The position numbers were made by a program, and so were the translations under genes. The notes under the pieces are model-generated. The model saw only the letters and a program-made list of their open reading frames with translations, made no database searches and had not been told where the DNA came from. Source: Auanema rhodensis (taxonomy: Eukaryota > Animalia > Nematoda). From it: 64,000 nt of DNA. The stretch spans positions 4,278,001 to 4,342,000 of the forward strand of contig OZ059897.1 in the NCBI GenBank assembly GCA_964057225.1, written 5' to 3'. Shown here in pieces: positions 12,286-27,100 of the stretch. The stretch's first letter is position 1; each line of letters begins with the position of its first letter.

Positions 12286-15200
12286 CTTATATCCTCGATT
12301 TTTACCCTGAAGAATTAATTTTTTCGTTGAATAACATTGTCCATCGTCTTTGCCTTGAGAAAAGAAATTTAAAAACTCCTACTTTTTGTGAAATTATTTA
12401 GAAATTTTTCGGGAAAATTTTTGTCACAATGTTTTTGGAAGCAATGTTGAGTGTACATGGGAACTCAGCATACACTAATGCATTATTTTTCAAACGATCA
12501 TAACTAATTTTTAAATAGAGCGTTTCTTAATGTAGTATAGTGCATTCGATGCGGATTTTTGAGCTGCGTTGATCTGTGTTATCAGATTTGCGCTAGCTTA
12601 AAAATGCACCGAGTAATCAACTGATATATGTTCACACTTATATCCTCGATTTTCACCCTGAAGAAATGATTTTTTCGTTGAAAAACATTGTCCATCGTAT
12701 TCGTCTTGAAAAAAAGAATCTAAAAACATCTACTTTTTGTGAAATTATTTAGAAATTTTTCGGGAAAATTTTTGTCACAATGTTTTTGGAAGCAATGTTG
12801 AGTGTACATGGGAACTCAGCATACACTAATGCATTATTTTTCAAACGATCATAACTAATTTTTAAATAGAGCGTTTCTCAATGTAGTATAGTGCATTCGA
12901 TGCGGATTTTTGAGCTGCGTTGATCTGTGTTATCAGATTTGAGTTAGCTTAAAAATGCACCGAGATATCAACTGATATATGTTCACACTTATATCCTCGA
13001 TTTTCACCCTGAAGAAATGATTTTTTCGTTGAAAAACATTGTCCATCGTATTCGTCTTGAAAAAAAGAATCTAAAAACATCTACTTTTTGTGAAATTATT
13101 CAGAAATTTTTCGGGAAAATTTTTGTCAAAATGTTTTTGGAAGCAATGTTGAGTGTACATGGGAACTCAACATACACTAATGCATTATTTTTCAAACGAT
13201 CATAACTAATTTTTGTATGGAGCGTTTCTCAATGTAGTATAGTGCATTCGATGCGGATTTTTAAGCTGCGTTGATCTGTGTTATCAGATTTGCGCTAGCT
13301 TAAAAATGCACCGAGTAATCAACTGATATAGGTTCACACTTATATCCTCGATTTTCACCCTGAAGAATTAATTTTTTCGTTGAATAACATTGTCCATCGT
13401 CTTTGCCTTGAAAAAAGAAATCTAAAAACTCCTACTTTTTGTGAAATTATTTAGAAATTTTTCGGGAAAATTTTTGTCACAATGTTTTTGGAAGCAATGT
13501 TGAGTGTACATGGGAACTCAGCATACACTAATGCATTATTTTTCAAACGATCATAACTAAATTTTGTATAGAGCGTTTCTCAATGTAGTATAGTGCATTC
13601 GATGCGGATTTTTAAGCTGCGTCGATCTGTGTTATCAGATTTGAGTTAGCTTAAAAATGCACCGAGATATCAACTGATATATGTTCACACTTATATCCTC
13701 GATTTTCACCCTGAAGAAATGATTTTTTCGTTGAAAAACATTGTCCATCGTATTCGTCTTGAAAAAAAGAATCTAAAAACATCTACTTTTTGTGAAATTA
13801 TTCAGAAATTTTTCGGGAAAATTTTTGTCAAAATGTTTTTGGAAGCAATGTTGAGTGTACATGGGAACTCAACATACACTAATGCATTATTTTTCAAACG
13901 ATCATAACTAATTTTTGTATGGAGCGTTTCTCAATGTAGTATAGTGCATTCGATGCGGATTTTTAAGCTGCGTTGATCTGTGTTATCAGATTTGCGCTAG
14001 CTTAAAAATGCACCGAGTAATCAACTGATATAGGTTCACACTTATATCCTCGATTTTCACCCTGAAGAATTAATTTTTTCGTTGAATAACATTGTCCATC
14101 GTCTTTGCCTTGAAAAAAGAAATCTAAAAACTCCTACTTTTCGTGAAATTATTTAGAAATTTTTCGGGAAAATTTTTGTCACAATGTTTTTGGAAGCAAT
14201 GTTGAGTGTACATGGGAACTCAGCATACACTAATGCATTATTTTTCAAACGATCATAACTAATTTTTGTATAGAGCGTTTCTCAATGTAGTATAGTGCAT
14301 TCGATGCGGATTTTTAAGCTGCGTCGATCTGTGTTATCAGATTTGAGTTAGCTTGAAAATGCACCGAGATATCAACTGATATATGTTCACACTTATATCC
14401 TCGATTTTCACCCTGAAGAAATGATTTTTTCGTTGAAAAACATTGTCCATCGTATTCGTCTTGAAAAAAGGAATCTAAAAACATCTACTTTTTGTGAAAT
14501 TATTTAGAAATTTTTCGGGAAAATTTTTGTCACAATGTTTTTGGAAGCAATGTTGAGTGTACATGGGAACTCAGCATACACTAATGCATTATTTTTCAAA
14601 CGATCATAACTAATTTTTGTATAGAGCGTTTCTCAATGTAGTATAGTGCATTCGATGCGGATTTTTAAGCTGCGTCGATCTGTGTTATCAGATTTGAGTT
14701 AGCTTAAAAATGCACCGAGATATCAACTGATATATGTTCACACTTATATCCTCGATTTTCACCCTGAAGAAATGATTTTTTCGTTGAAAAACATTGTCCA
14801 TCGTATTCGTCTTGAAAAAAAGAATCTAAAAACATCTACTTTTTGTGAAATTATTTAGAAATTTTTCGGGAAAATTTTTGTCACAATGTTTTTGGAAGCA
14901 ATGTTGAGTGTACATGGGAACTCAGCATACACTAATGCATTATTTTTCAAACGATCATAACTAATTTTTGTATGGAGCGTTTCTCAATGTAGTATAGTGC
15001 ATTCGATGCGGATTTTTAAGCTGCGTCGATCTGTGTTATCAGATTTGAGTTAGCTTGAAAATGCACCGAGATATCAACTGATATAGGTTCACACTTATAT
15101 CCTCGATTTTTACCCTGAAGAATTAATTTTTTCGTTGAATAACATTGTCCATCGTCTTTGCCTTGAGAAAAGAAATTTAAAAACTCCTACTTTTTGTGAA

Positions 15201-17550
15201 ATTATTTAGAAATTTTTCGGGAAAATTTTTGTCACAATGTTTTTGGAAGCAATGTTGAGTGTACATGGGAACTCAGCATACACTAATGCATTATTTTTCA
15301 AACGATCATAACTAATTTTTAAATAGAGCGTTTCTTAATGTAGTATAGTGCATTCGATGCGGATTTTTGAGCTGCGTTGATCTGTGTTATCAGATTTGCG
15401 CTAGCTTAAAAATGCACCGAGTAATCAACTGATATATGTTCACACTTATATCCTCGATTTTCACCCTGAAGAAATGATTTTTTCGTTGAAAAACATTGTC
15501 CATCGTATTCGTCTTGAAAAAAAGAATCTAAAAACATCTACTTTTTGTGAAATTATTTAGAAATTTTTCGGGAAAATTTTTGTCACAATGTTTTTGGAAG
15601 CAATGTTGAGTGTACATGGGAACTCAGCATACACTAATGCATTATTTTTCAAACGATCATAACTAATTTTTAAATAGAGCGTTTCTCAATGTAGTATAGT
15701 GCATTCGATGCGGATTTTTGAGCTGCGTTGATCTGTGTTATCAGATTTGAGTTAGCTTAAAAATGCACCGAGATATCAACTGATATATGTTCACACTTAT
15801 ATCCTCGATTTTCACCCTGAAGAAATGATTTTTTCGTTGAAAAACATTGTCCATCGTATTCGTCTTGAAAAAAAGAATCTAAAAACATCTACTTTTTGTG
15901 AAATTATTCAGAAATTTTTCGGGAAAATTTTTGTCAAAATGTTTTTGGAAGCAATGTTGAGTGTACATGGGAACTCAACATACACTAATGCATTATTTTT
16001 CAAACGATCATAACTAATTTTTGTATGGAGCGTTTCTCAATGTAGTATAGTGCATTCGATGCGGATTTTTAAGCTGCGTTGATCTGTGTTATCAGATTTG
16101 CGCTAGCTTAAAAATGCACCGAGTAATCAACTGATATAGGTTCACACTTATATCCTCGATTTTCACCCTGAAGAATTAATTTTTTCGTTGAATAACATTG
16201 TCCATCGTCTTTGCCTTGAAAAAAGAAATCTAAAAACTCCTACTTTTTGTGAAATTATTTAGAAATTTTTCGGGAAAATTTTTGTCACAATGTTTTTGGA
16301 AGCAATGTTGAGTGTACATGGGAACTCAGCATACACTAATGCATTATTTTTCAAACGATCATAACTAAATTTTGTATAGAGCGTTTCTCAATGTAGTATA
16401 GTGCATTCGATGCGGATTTTTAAGCTGCGTCGATCTGTGTTATCAGATTTGAGTTAGCTTAAAAATGCACCGAGATATCAACTGATATATGTTCACACTT
16501 ATATCCTCGATTTTCACCCTGAAGAAATGATTTTTTCGTTGAAAAACATTGTCCATCGTATTCGTCTTGAAAAAAAGAATCTAAAAACATCTACTTTTTG
16601 TGAAATTATTCAGAAATTTTTCGGGAAAATTTTTGTCAAAATGTTTTTGGAAGCAATGTTGAGTGTACATGGGAACTCAACATACACTAATGCATTATTT
16701 TTCAAACGATCATAACTAATTTTTGTATGGAGCGTTTCTCAATGTAGTATAGTGCATTCGATGCGGATTTTTAAGCTGCGTTGATCTGTGTTATCAGATT
16801 TGCGCTAGCTTAAAAATGCACCGAGTAATCAACTGATATAGGTTCACACTTATATCCTCGATTTTCACCCTGAAGAATTAATTTTTTCGTTGAATAACAT
16901 TGTCCATCGTCTTTGCCTTGAAAAAAGAAATCTAAAAACTCCTACTTTTCGTGAAATTATTTAGAAATTTTTCGGGAAAATTTTTGTCACAATGTTTTTG
17001 GAAGCAATGTTGAGTGTACATGGGAACTCAGCATACACTAATGCATTATTTTTCAAACGATCATAACTAATTTTTGTATAGAGCGTTTCTCAATGTAGTA
17101 TAGTGCATTCGATGCGGATTTTTAAGCTGCGTCGATCTGTGTTATCAGATTTGAGTTAGCTTGAAAATGCACCGAGATATCAACTGATATATGTTCACAC
17201 TTATATCCTCGATTTTCACCCTGAAGAAATGATTTTTTCGTTGAAAAACATTGTCCATCGTATTCGTCTTGAAAAAAGGAATCTAAAAACATCTACTTTT
17301 TGTGAAATTATTTAGAAATTTTTCGGGAAAATTTTTGTCACAATGTTTTTGGAAGCAATGTTGAGTGTACATGGGAACTCAGCATACACTAATGCATTAT
17401 TTTTCAAACGATCATAACTAATTTTTGTATAGAGCGTTTCTCAATGTAGTATAGTGCATTCGATGCGGATTTTTAAGCTGCGTCGATCTGTGTTATCAGA
17501 TTTGAGTTAGCTTAAAAATGCACCGAGATATCAACTGATATATGTTCACA
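12286..17550 (+). repeat. Local 8-mer duplication (2808 bp)
   Basis: ORF pairs 13017/15825 and 13719/16527. Shared variants gatttttacc (~12303/15111) and actaaatttt (~13561/16369) are offset by 2808. Confidence 0.8.
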
Positions 17551-19305
17551 CTTATATCCTCGATTTTCACCCTGAAGAAATGATTTTTTCGTTGAAAAAC
17601 ATTGTCCATCGTATTCGTCTTGAAAAAAAGAATCTAAAAACATCTACTTTTTGTGAAATTATTCAGAAATTTTTCGGGAAAATTTTTGTCAAAATGTTTT
17701 TGGAAGCAATGTTGAGTGTACATGGGAACTCAACATACACTAATGCATTATTTTTCAAACGATCATAACTAATTTTTGTATGGAGCGTTTCTCAATGTAG
17801 TATAGTGCATTCGATGCGGATTTTTAAGCTGCGTTGATCTGTGTTATCAGATTTGCGCTAGCTTAAAAATGCACCGAGTAATCAACTGATATAGGTTCAC
17901 ACTTATATCCTCGATTTTCACCCTGAAGAATTAATTTTTTCGTTGAATAACATTGTCCATCGTCTTTGCCTTGAGAAAAGAAATTTAAAAACTCCTACTT
18001 TTTGTGAAATTATTTAGAAATTTTTCGGGAAAATTTTTGTCACAATGTTTTTGGAAGCAATGTTGAGTGTACATGGGAACTCAGCATACACTAATGCATT
18101 ATTTTTCAAACGATCATAACTAATTTTTAAATAGAGCGTTTCTTAATGTAGTATAGTGCATTCGATGCGGATTTTTGAGCTGCGTTGATCTGTGTTATCA
18201 GATTTGCGCTAGCTTAAAAATGCACCGAGTAATCAACTGATATAGGTTCACACTTATATCCTCGATTTTCACCCTGAAGAATTAATTTTTTCGTTGAATA
18301 ACATTGTCCATCGTCTTTGCCTTGAGAAAAGAAATTTAAAAACTCCTACTTTTTGTGAAATTATTTAGAAATTTTTCGGGAAAATTTTTGTCACAATGTT
18401 TTTGGAAGCAATGTTGAGTGTACATGGGAACTCAGCATACACTAATGCATTATTTTTCAAACGATCATAACTAATTTTTAAATAGAGCGTTTCTTAATGT
18501 AGTATAGTGCATTCGATGCGGATTTTTGAGCTGCGTTGATCTGTGTTATCAGATTTGCGCTAGCTTAAAAATGCACCGAGTAATCAACTGATATATGTTC
18601 ACACTTATATCCTCGATTTTCACCCTGAAGAATTAATTTTTTCGTTGAATAACATTGTCCATCGTCTTTGCCTTGAGAAAAGAAATTTAAAAACTCCTAC
18701 TTTTTGTGAAATTATTTAGAAATTTTTCGGGAAAATTTTTGTCACAATGTTTTTGGAAGCAATGTTGAGTGTACATGGGAACTCAGCATACACTAATGCA
18801 TTATTTTTCAAACGATCATAACTAATTTTTGTATAGAGCGTTTCTCAATGTAGTATAGTGCATTCGATGCGGATTTTTAAGCTGCGTCGATCTGTGTTAT
18901 CAGATTTGAGTTAGCTTGAAAATGCACCGAGATATCAACTGATATATGTTCACACTTATATCCTCGATTTTCACCCTGAAGAAATGATTTTTTCGTTGAA
19001 AAACATTGTCCATCGTATTCGTCTTGAAAAAAGGAATCTAAAAACATCTACTTTTTGTGAAATTATTTAGAAATTTTTCGGGAAAATTTTTGTCACAATG
19101 TTTTTGGAAGCAATGTTGAGTGTACATGGGAACTCAGCATACACTAATGCATTATTTTTCAAACGATCATAACTAATTTTTGTATAGAGCGTTTCTCAAT
19201 GTAGTATAGTGCATTCGATGCGGATTTTTAAGCTGCGTCGATCTGTGTTATCAGATTTGAGTTAGCTTAAAAATGCACCGAGATATCAACTGATATATGT
19301 TCACA

Positions 19306-22300
19306 CTTATATCCTCGATTTTCACCCTGAAGAAATGATTTTTTCGTTGAAAAACATTGTCCATCGTATTCGTCTTGAAAAAAAGAATCTAAAAACATCT
19401 ACTTTTTGTGAAATTATTCAGAAATTTTTCGGGAAAATTTTTGTCAAAATGTTTTTGGAAGCAATGTTGAGTGTACATGGGAACTCAACATACACTAATG
19501 CATTATTTTTCAAACGATCATAACTAATTTTTGTATGGAGCGTTTCTCAATGTAGTATAGTGCATTCGATGCGGATTTTTAAGCTGCGTTGATCTGTGTT
19601 ATCAGATTTGCGCTAGCTTAAAAATGCACCGAGTAATCAACTGATATAGGTTCACACTTATATCCTCGATTTTCACCCTGAAGAATTAATTTTTTCGTTG
19701 AATAACATTGTCCATCGTCTTTGCCTTGAAAAAAGAAATCTAAAAACTCCTACTTTTCGTGAAATTATTTAGAAATTTTTCGGGAAAATTTTTGTCACAA
19801 TGTTTTTGGAAGCAATGTTGAGTGTACATGGGAACTCAGCATACACTAATGCATTATTTTTCAAACGATCATAACTAATTTTTGTATAGAGCGTTTCTCA
19901 ATGTAGTATAGTGCATTCGATGCGGATTTTTAAGCTGCGTCGATCTGTGTTATCAGATTTGAGTTAGCTTGAAAATGCACCGAGATATTAACTGATATAT
20001 GTTCACACTTATATCCTCGATTTTCACCCTGAAGAAATGATTTTTTCGTTGAAAAACATTGTCCATCGTATTCGTCTTGAAAAAAGGAATCTAAAAACAT
20101 CTACTTTTTGTGAAATTATTTAGAAATTTTTCGGGAAAATTTTTGTCACAATGTTTTTGGAAGCAATGTTGAGTGTACATGGGAACTCAGCATACACTAA
20201 TGCATTATTTTTCAAACGATCATAACTAATTTTTGTATAGAGCGTTTCTCAATGTAGTATAGTGCATTCGATGCGGATTTTTAAGCTGCGTCGATCTGTG
20301 TTATCAGATTTGAGTTAGCTTGAAAATGCACCGAGATATCAACTGATATATGTTCACACTTATATCCTCGATTTTCACCCTGAAGAAATGATTTTTTCGT
20401 TGAAAAACATTGTCCTTCGTATTCGTCTTGAAAAAAGGAATCTAAAAACATCTACTTTTTGTGAAATTATTCAGAAATTTTTCGGGAAAATTTTTGTCAA
20501 AATGTTTTTGGAAGCAATGTTGAGTGTACATGGGAACTCAACATACACTAATGCATTATTTTTCAAACGATCATAACTAATTTTTGTATGGAGCGTTTCT
20601 CAATGTAGTATAGTGCATTCGATGCGGATTTTTGAGCTGCGTTGATCTGTGTTATCAGATTTGCGCTAGCTTAAAAATGCACCGAGTAATCAACTGATAT
20701 AGGTTCACACTTATATCCTCGATTTTCACCCTGAAGAATTAATTTTTTCGTTGAATAACATTGTCCATCGTCTTTGCCTTGAGAAAAGAAATTTAAAAAC
20801 TCCTACTTTTTGTGAAATTATTTAGAAATTTTTCGGGAAAATTTTTGTCACAATGTTTTTGGAAGCAATGTTGAGTGTACATGGGAACTCAGCATACACT
20901 AATGCATTATTTTTCAAACGATCATAACTAATTTTTAAATAGAGCGTTTCTTAATGTAGTATAGTGCATTCGATGCGGATTTTTAAGCTGCGTCGATCTG
21001 TGTTATCAGATTTGAGTTAGCTTAAAAATGCACCGAGATATCAACTGATATATGTTCACACTTATATCCTCGATTTTCACCCTGAAGAAATGATTTTTTC
21101 GTTGAAAAACATTGTCCATCGTATTCGTCTTGAAAAAAAGAATCTAAAAACATCTACTTTTTGTGAAATTATTCAGAAATTTTTCGGGAAAATTTTTGTC
21201 AAAATGTTTTTGGAAGCAATGTTGAGTGTACATGGGAACTCAACATACACTAATGCATTATTTTTCAAACGATCATAACTAATTTTTGTATGGAGCGTTT
21301 CTCAATGTAGTATAGTGCATTCGATGCGGATTTTTAAGCTGCGTTGATCTGTGTTATCAGATTTGCGCTAGCTTAAAAATGCACCGAGTAATCAACTGAT
21401 ATAGGTTCACACTTATATCCTCGATTTTCACCCTGAAGAATTAATTTTTTCGTTGAATAACATTGTCCATCGTCTTTGCCTTGAAAAAAGAAATCTAAAA
21501 ACTCCTACTTTTCGTGAAATTATTTAGAAATTTTTCGGGAAAATTTTTGTCACAATGTTTTTGGAAGCAATGTTGAGTGTACATGGGAACTCAGCATACA
21601 CTAATGCATTATTTTTCAAACGATCATAACTAATTTTTGTATAGAGCGTTTCTCAATGTAGTATAGTGCATTCGATGCGGATTTTTAAGCTGCGTCGATC
21701 TGTGTTATCAGATTTGAGTTAGCTTGAAAATGCACCGAGATATTAACTGATATATGTTCACACTTATATCCTCGATTTTCACCCTGAAGAAATGATTTTT
21801 TCGTTGAAAAACATTGTCCATCGTATTCGTCTTGAAAAAAGGAATCTAAAAACATCTACTTTTTGTGAAATTATTTAGAAATTTTTCGGGAAAATTTTTG
21901 TCACAATGTTTTTGGAAGCAATGTTGAGTGTACATGGGAACTCAGCATACACTAATGCATTATTTTTCAAACGATCATAACTAATTTTTGTATAGAGCGT
22001 TTCTCAATGTAGTATAGTGCATTCGATGCGGATTTTTAAGCTGCGTCGATCTGTGTTATCAGATTTGAGTTAGCTTGAAAATGCACCGAGATATCAACTG
22101 ATATATGTTCACACTTATATCCTCGATTTTCACCCTGAAGAAATGATTTTTTCGTTGAAAAACATTGTCCTTCGTATTCGTCTTGAAAAAAGGAATCTAA
22201 AAACATCTACTTTTTGTGAAATTATTCAGAAATTTTTCGGGAAAATTTTTGTCAAAATGTTTTTGGAAGCAATGTTGAGTGTACATGGGAACTCAACATA

Positions 22301-22700
22301 CACTAATGCATTATTTTTCAAACGATCATAACTAATTTTTGTATGGAGCGTTTCTCAATGTAGTATAGTGCATTCGATGCGGATTTTTGAGCTGCGTTGA
22401 TCTGTGTTATCAGATTTGCGCTAGCTTAAAAATGCACCGAGTAATCAACTGATATAGGTTCACACTTATATCCTCGATTTTCACCCTGAAGAATTAATTT
22501 TTTCGTTGAATAACATTGTCCATCGTCTTTGCCTTGAGAAAAGAAATTTAAAAACTCCTACTTTTTGTGAAATTATTTAGAAATTTTTCGGGAAAATTTT
22601 TGTCACAATGTTTTTGGAAGCAATGTTGAGTGTACATGGGAACTCAGCATACACTAATGCATTATTTTTCAAACGATCATAACTAATTTTTAAATAGAGC
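19306..22700 (+). repeat. Local 5-mer duplication (1755 bp)
   Basis: The variant gtccTtcg occurs at 20416 and 22171. ORF pairs 19335/21090 and 20388/22143 are offset by 1755. Confidence 0.85.
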
Positions 22701-23166
22701 GTTTCTTAATGTAGTATAGTGCATTCGATGCGGATTTTTGAGCTGCGTTGATCTGTGTTATCAGATTTGCGCTAGCTTAAAAATGCACCGAGTAATCAAC
22801 TGATATATGTTCACACTTATATCCTCGATTTTCACCCTGAAGAAATGATTTTTTCGTTGAAAAACATTGTCCATCGTATTCGTCTTGAAAAAAAGAATCT
22901 AAAAACATCTACTTTTTGTGAAATTATTTAGAAATTTTTCGGGAAAATTTTTGTCACAATGTTTTTGGAAGCAATGTTGAGTGTACATGGGAACTCAGCA
23001 TACACTAATGCATTATTTTTCAAACGATCATAACTAATTTTTAAATAGAGCGTTTCTCAATGTAGTATAGTGCATTCGATGCGGATTTTTGAGCTGCGTT
23101 GATCTGTGTTATCAGATTTGAGTTAGCTTAAAAATGCACCGAGATATCAACTGATATATGTTCACA

Positions 23167-26100
23167 CTTATATCCTCGATTTTCACCCTGAAGAAATGAT
23201 TTTTTCGTTGAAAAACATTGTCCATCGTATTCGTCTTGAAAAAAAGAATCTAAAAACATCTACTTTTTGTGAAATTATTCAGAAATTTTTCGGGAAAATT
23301 TTTGTCAAAATGTTTTTGGAAGCAATGTTGAGTGTACATGGGAACTCAACATACACTAATGCATTATTTTTCAAACGATCATAACTAATTTTTGTATGGA
23401 GCGTTTCTCAATGTAGTATAGTGCATTCGATGCGGATTTTTAAGCTGCGTCGATCTGTGTTATCAGATTTGAGTTAGCTTGAAAATGCACCGAGATATCA
23501 ACTGATATATGTTCACACTTATATCCTCGATTTTCACCCTGAAGAAATGATTTTTTCGTTGAAAAACATTGTCCATCGTATTCGTCTTGAAAAAAGGAAT
23601 CTAAAAACATCTACTTTTTGTGAAATTATTCAGAAATTTTTCGGGAAAATTTTTGTCAAAATGTTTTTGGAAGCAATGTTGAGTGTACATGGGAACTCAA
23701 CATACACTAATGCATTATTTTTCAAACGATCATAACTAATTTTTGTATGGAGCGTTTCTCAATGTAGTATAGTGCATTCGATGCGGATTTTTGAGCTGCG
23801 TTGATCTGTGTTATCAGATTTGCGCTAGCTTAAAAATGCACCGAGTAATCAACTGATATAGGTTCACACTTATATCCTCGATTTTTACCCTGAAGAATTA
23901 ATTTTTTCGTTGAATAACATTGTCCATCGTCTTTGCCTTGAGAAAAGAAATTTAAAAACTCCTACTTTTTGTGAAATTATTTAGAAATTTTTCGGGAAAA
24001 TTTTTGTCACAATGTTTTTGGAAGCAATGTTGAGTGTACATGGGAACTCAGCATACACTAATGCATTATTTTTCAAACGATCATAACTAATTTTTAAATA
24101 GAGCGTTTCTTAATGTAGTATAGTGCATTCGATGCGGATTTTTGAGCTGCGTTGATCTGTGTTATCAGATTTGCGCTAGCTTAAAAATGCACCGAGTAAT
24201 CAACTGATATATGTTCACACTTATATCCTCGATTTTCACCCTGAAGAAATGATTTTTTCGTTGAAAAACATTGTCCATCGTATTCGTCTTGAAAAAAAGA
24301 ATCTAAAAACATCTACTTTTTGTGAAATTATTTAGAAATTTTTCGGGAAAATTTTTGTCACAATGTTTTTGGAAGCAATGTTGAGTGTACATGGGAACTC
24401 AGCATACACTAATGCATTATTTTTCAAACGATCATAACTAATTTTTAAATAGAGCGTTTCTCAATGTAGTATAGTGCATTCGATGCGGATTTTTGAGCTG
24501 CGTTGATCTGTGTTATCAGATTTGAGTTAGCTTAAAAATGCACCGAGATATCAACTGATATATGTTCACACTTATATCCTCGATTTTCACCCTGAAGAAA
24601 TGATTTTTTCGTTGAAAAACATTGTCCATCGTATTCGTCTTGAAAAAAAGAATCTAAAAACATCTACTTTTTGTGAAATTATTCAGAAATTTTTCGGGAA
24701 AATTTTTGTCAAAATGTTTTTGGAAGCAATGTTGAGTGTACATGGGAACTCAACATACACTAATGCATTATTTTTCAAACGATCATAACTAATTTTTGTA
24801 TGGAGCGTTTCTCAATGTAGTATAGTGCATTCGATGCGGATTTTTAAGCTGCGTTGATCTGTGTTATCAGATTTGCGCTAGCTTAAAAATGCACCGAGTA
24901 ATCAACTGATATAGGTTCACACTTATATCCTCGATTTTCACCCTGAAGAATTAATTTTTTCGTTGAATAACATTGTCCATCGTCTTTGCCTTGAAAAAAG
25001 AAATCTAAAAACTCCTACTTTTCGTGAAATTATTTAGAAATTTTTCGGGAAAATTTTTGTCACAATGTTTTTGGAAGCAATGTTGAGTGTACATGGGAAC
25101 TCAGCATACACTAATGCATTATTTTTCAAACGATCATAACTAATTTTTGTATAGAGCGTTTCTCAATGTAGTATAGTGCATTCGATGCGGATTTTTAAGC
25201 TGCGTCGATCTGTGTTATCAGATTTGAGTTAGCTTGAAAATGCACCGAGATATCAACTGATATATGTTCACACTTATATCCTCGATTTTCACCCTGAAGA
25301 AATGATTTTTTCGTTGAAAAACATTGTCCATCGTATTCGTCTTGAAAAAAAGAATCTAAAAACATCTACTTTTTGTGAAATTATTCAGAAATTTTTCGGG
25401 AAAATTTTTGTCAAAATGTTTTTGGAAGCAATGTTGAGTGTACATGGGAACTCAACATACACTAATGCATTATTTTTCAAACGATCATAACTAATTTTTG
25501 TATGGAGCGTTTCTCAATGTAGTATAGTGCATTCGATGCGGATTTTTAAGCTGCGTCGATCTGTGTTATCAGATTTGAGTTAGCTTGAAAATGCACCGAG
25601 ATATCAACTGATATATGTTCACACTTATATCCTCGATTTTCACCCTGAAGAAATGATTTTTTCGTTGAAAAACATTGTCCATCGTATTCGTCTTGAAAAA
25701 AGGAATCTAAAAACATCTACTTTTTGTGAAATTATTCAGAAATTTTTCGGGAAAATTTTTGTCAAAATGTTTTTGGAAGCAATGTTGAGTGTACATGGGA
25801 ACTCAACATACACTAATGCATTATTTTTCAAACGATCATAACTAATTTTTGTATGGAGCGTTTCTCAATGTAGTATAGTGCATTCGATGCGGATTTTTGA
25901 GCTGCGTTGATCTGTGTTATCAGATTTGCGCTAGCTTAAAAATGCACCGAGTAATCAACTGATATAGGTTCACACTTATATCCTCGATTTTTACCCTGAA
26001 GAATTAATTTTTTCGTTGAATAACATTGTCCATCGTCTTTGCCTTGAGAAAAGAAATTTAAAAACTCCTACTTTTTGTGAAATTATTTAGAAATTTTTCG

Positions 26101-27100
26101 GGAAAATTTTTGTCACAATGTTTTTGGAAGCAATGTTGAGTGTACATGGGAACTCAGCATACACTAATGCATTATTTTTCAAACGATCATAACTAATTTT
26201 TAAATAGAGCGTTTCTTAATGTAGTATAGTGCATTCGATGCGGATTTTTGAGCTGCGTTGATCTGTGTTATCAGATTTGCGCTAGCTTAAAAATGCACCG
26301 AGTAATCAACTGATATATGTTCACACTTATATCCTCGATTTTCACCCTGAAGAAATGATTTTTTCGTTGAAAAACATTGTCCATCGTATTCGTCTTGAAA
26401 AAAAGAATCTAAAAACATCTACTTTTTGTGAAATTATTTAGAAATTTTTCGGGAAAATTTTTGTCACAATGTTTTTGGAAGCAATGTTGAGTGTACATGG
26501 GAACTCAGCATACACTAATGCATTATTTTTCAAACGATCATAACTAATTTTTAAATAGAGCGTTTCTCAATGTAGTATAGTGCATTCGATGCGGATTTTT
26601 GAGCTGCGTTGATCTGTGTTATCAGATTTGAGTTAGCTTAAAAATGCACCGAGATATCAACTGATATATGTTCACACTTATATCCTCGATTTTCACCCTG
26701 AAGAAATGATTTTTTCGTTGAAAAACATTGTCCATCGTATTCGTCTTGAAAAAAAGAATCTAAAAACATCTACTTTTTGTGAAATTATTCAGAAATTTTT
26801 CGGGAAAATTTTTGTCAAAATGTTTTTGGAAGCAATGTTGAGTGTACATGGGAACTCAACATACACTAATGCATTATTTTTCAAACGATCATAACTAATT
26901 TTTGTATGGAGCGTTTCTCAATGTAGTATAGTGCATTCGATGCGGATTTTTAAGCTGCGTTGATCTGTGTTATCAGATTTGCGCTAGCTTAAAAATGCAC
27001 CGAGTAATCAACTGATATAGGTTCACACTTATATCCTCGATTTTCACCCTGAAGAATTAATTTTTTCGTTGAATAACATTGTCCATCGTCTTTGCCTTGA
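23167..27100 (+). repeat. Local 6-mer duplication (2106 bp)
   Basis: ORF triplets 23196/23547/24600 and 25302/25653/26706 are offset by 2106, including the KR variant and the gatttttacc variant. Confidence 0.8.
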
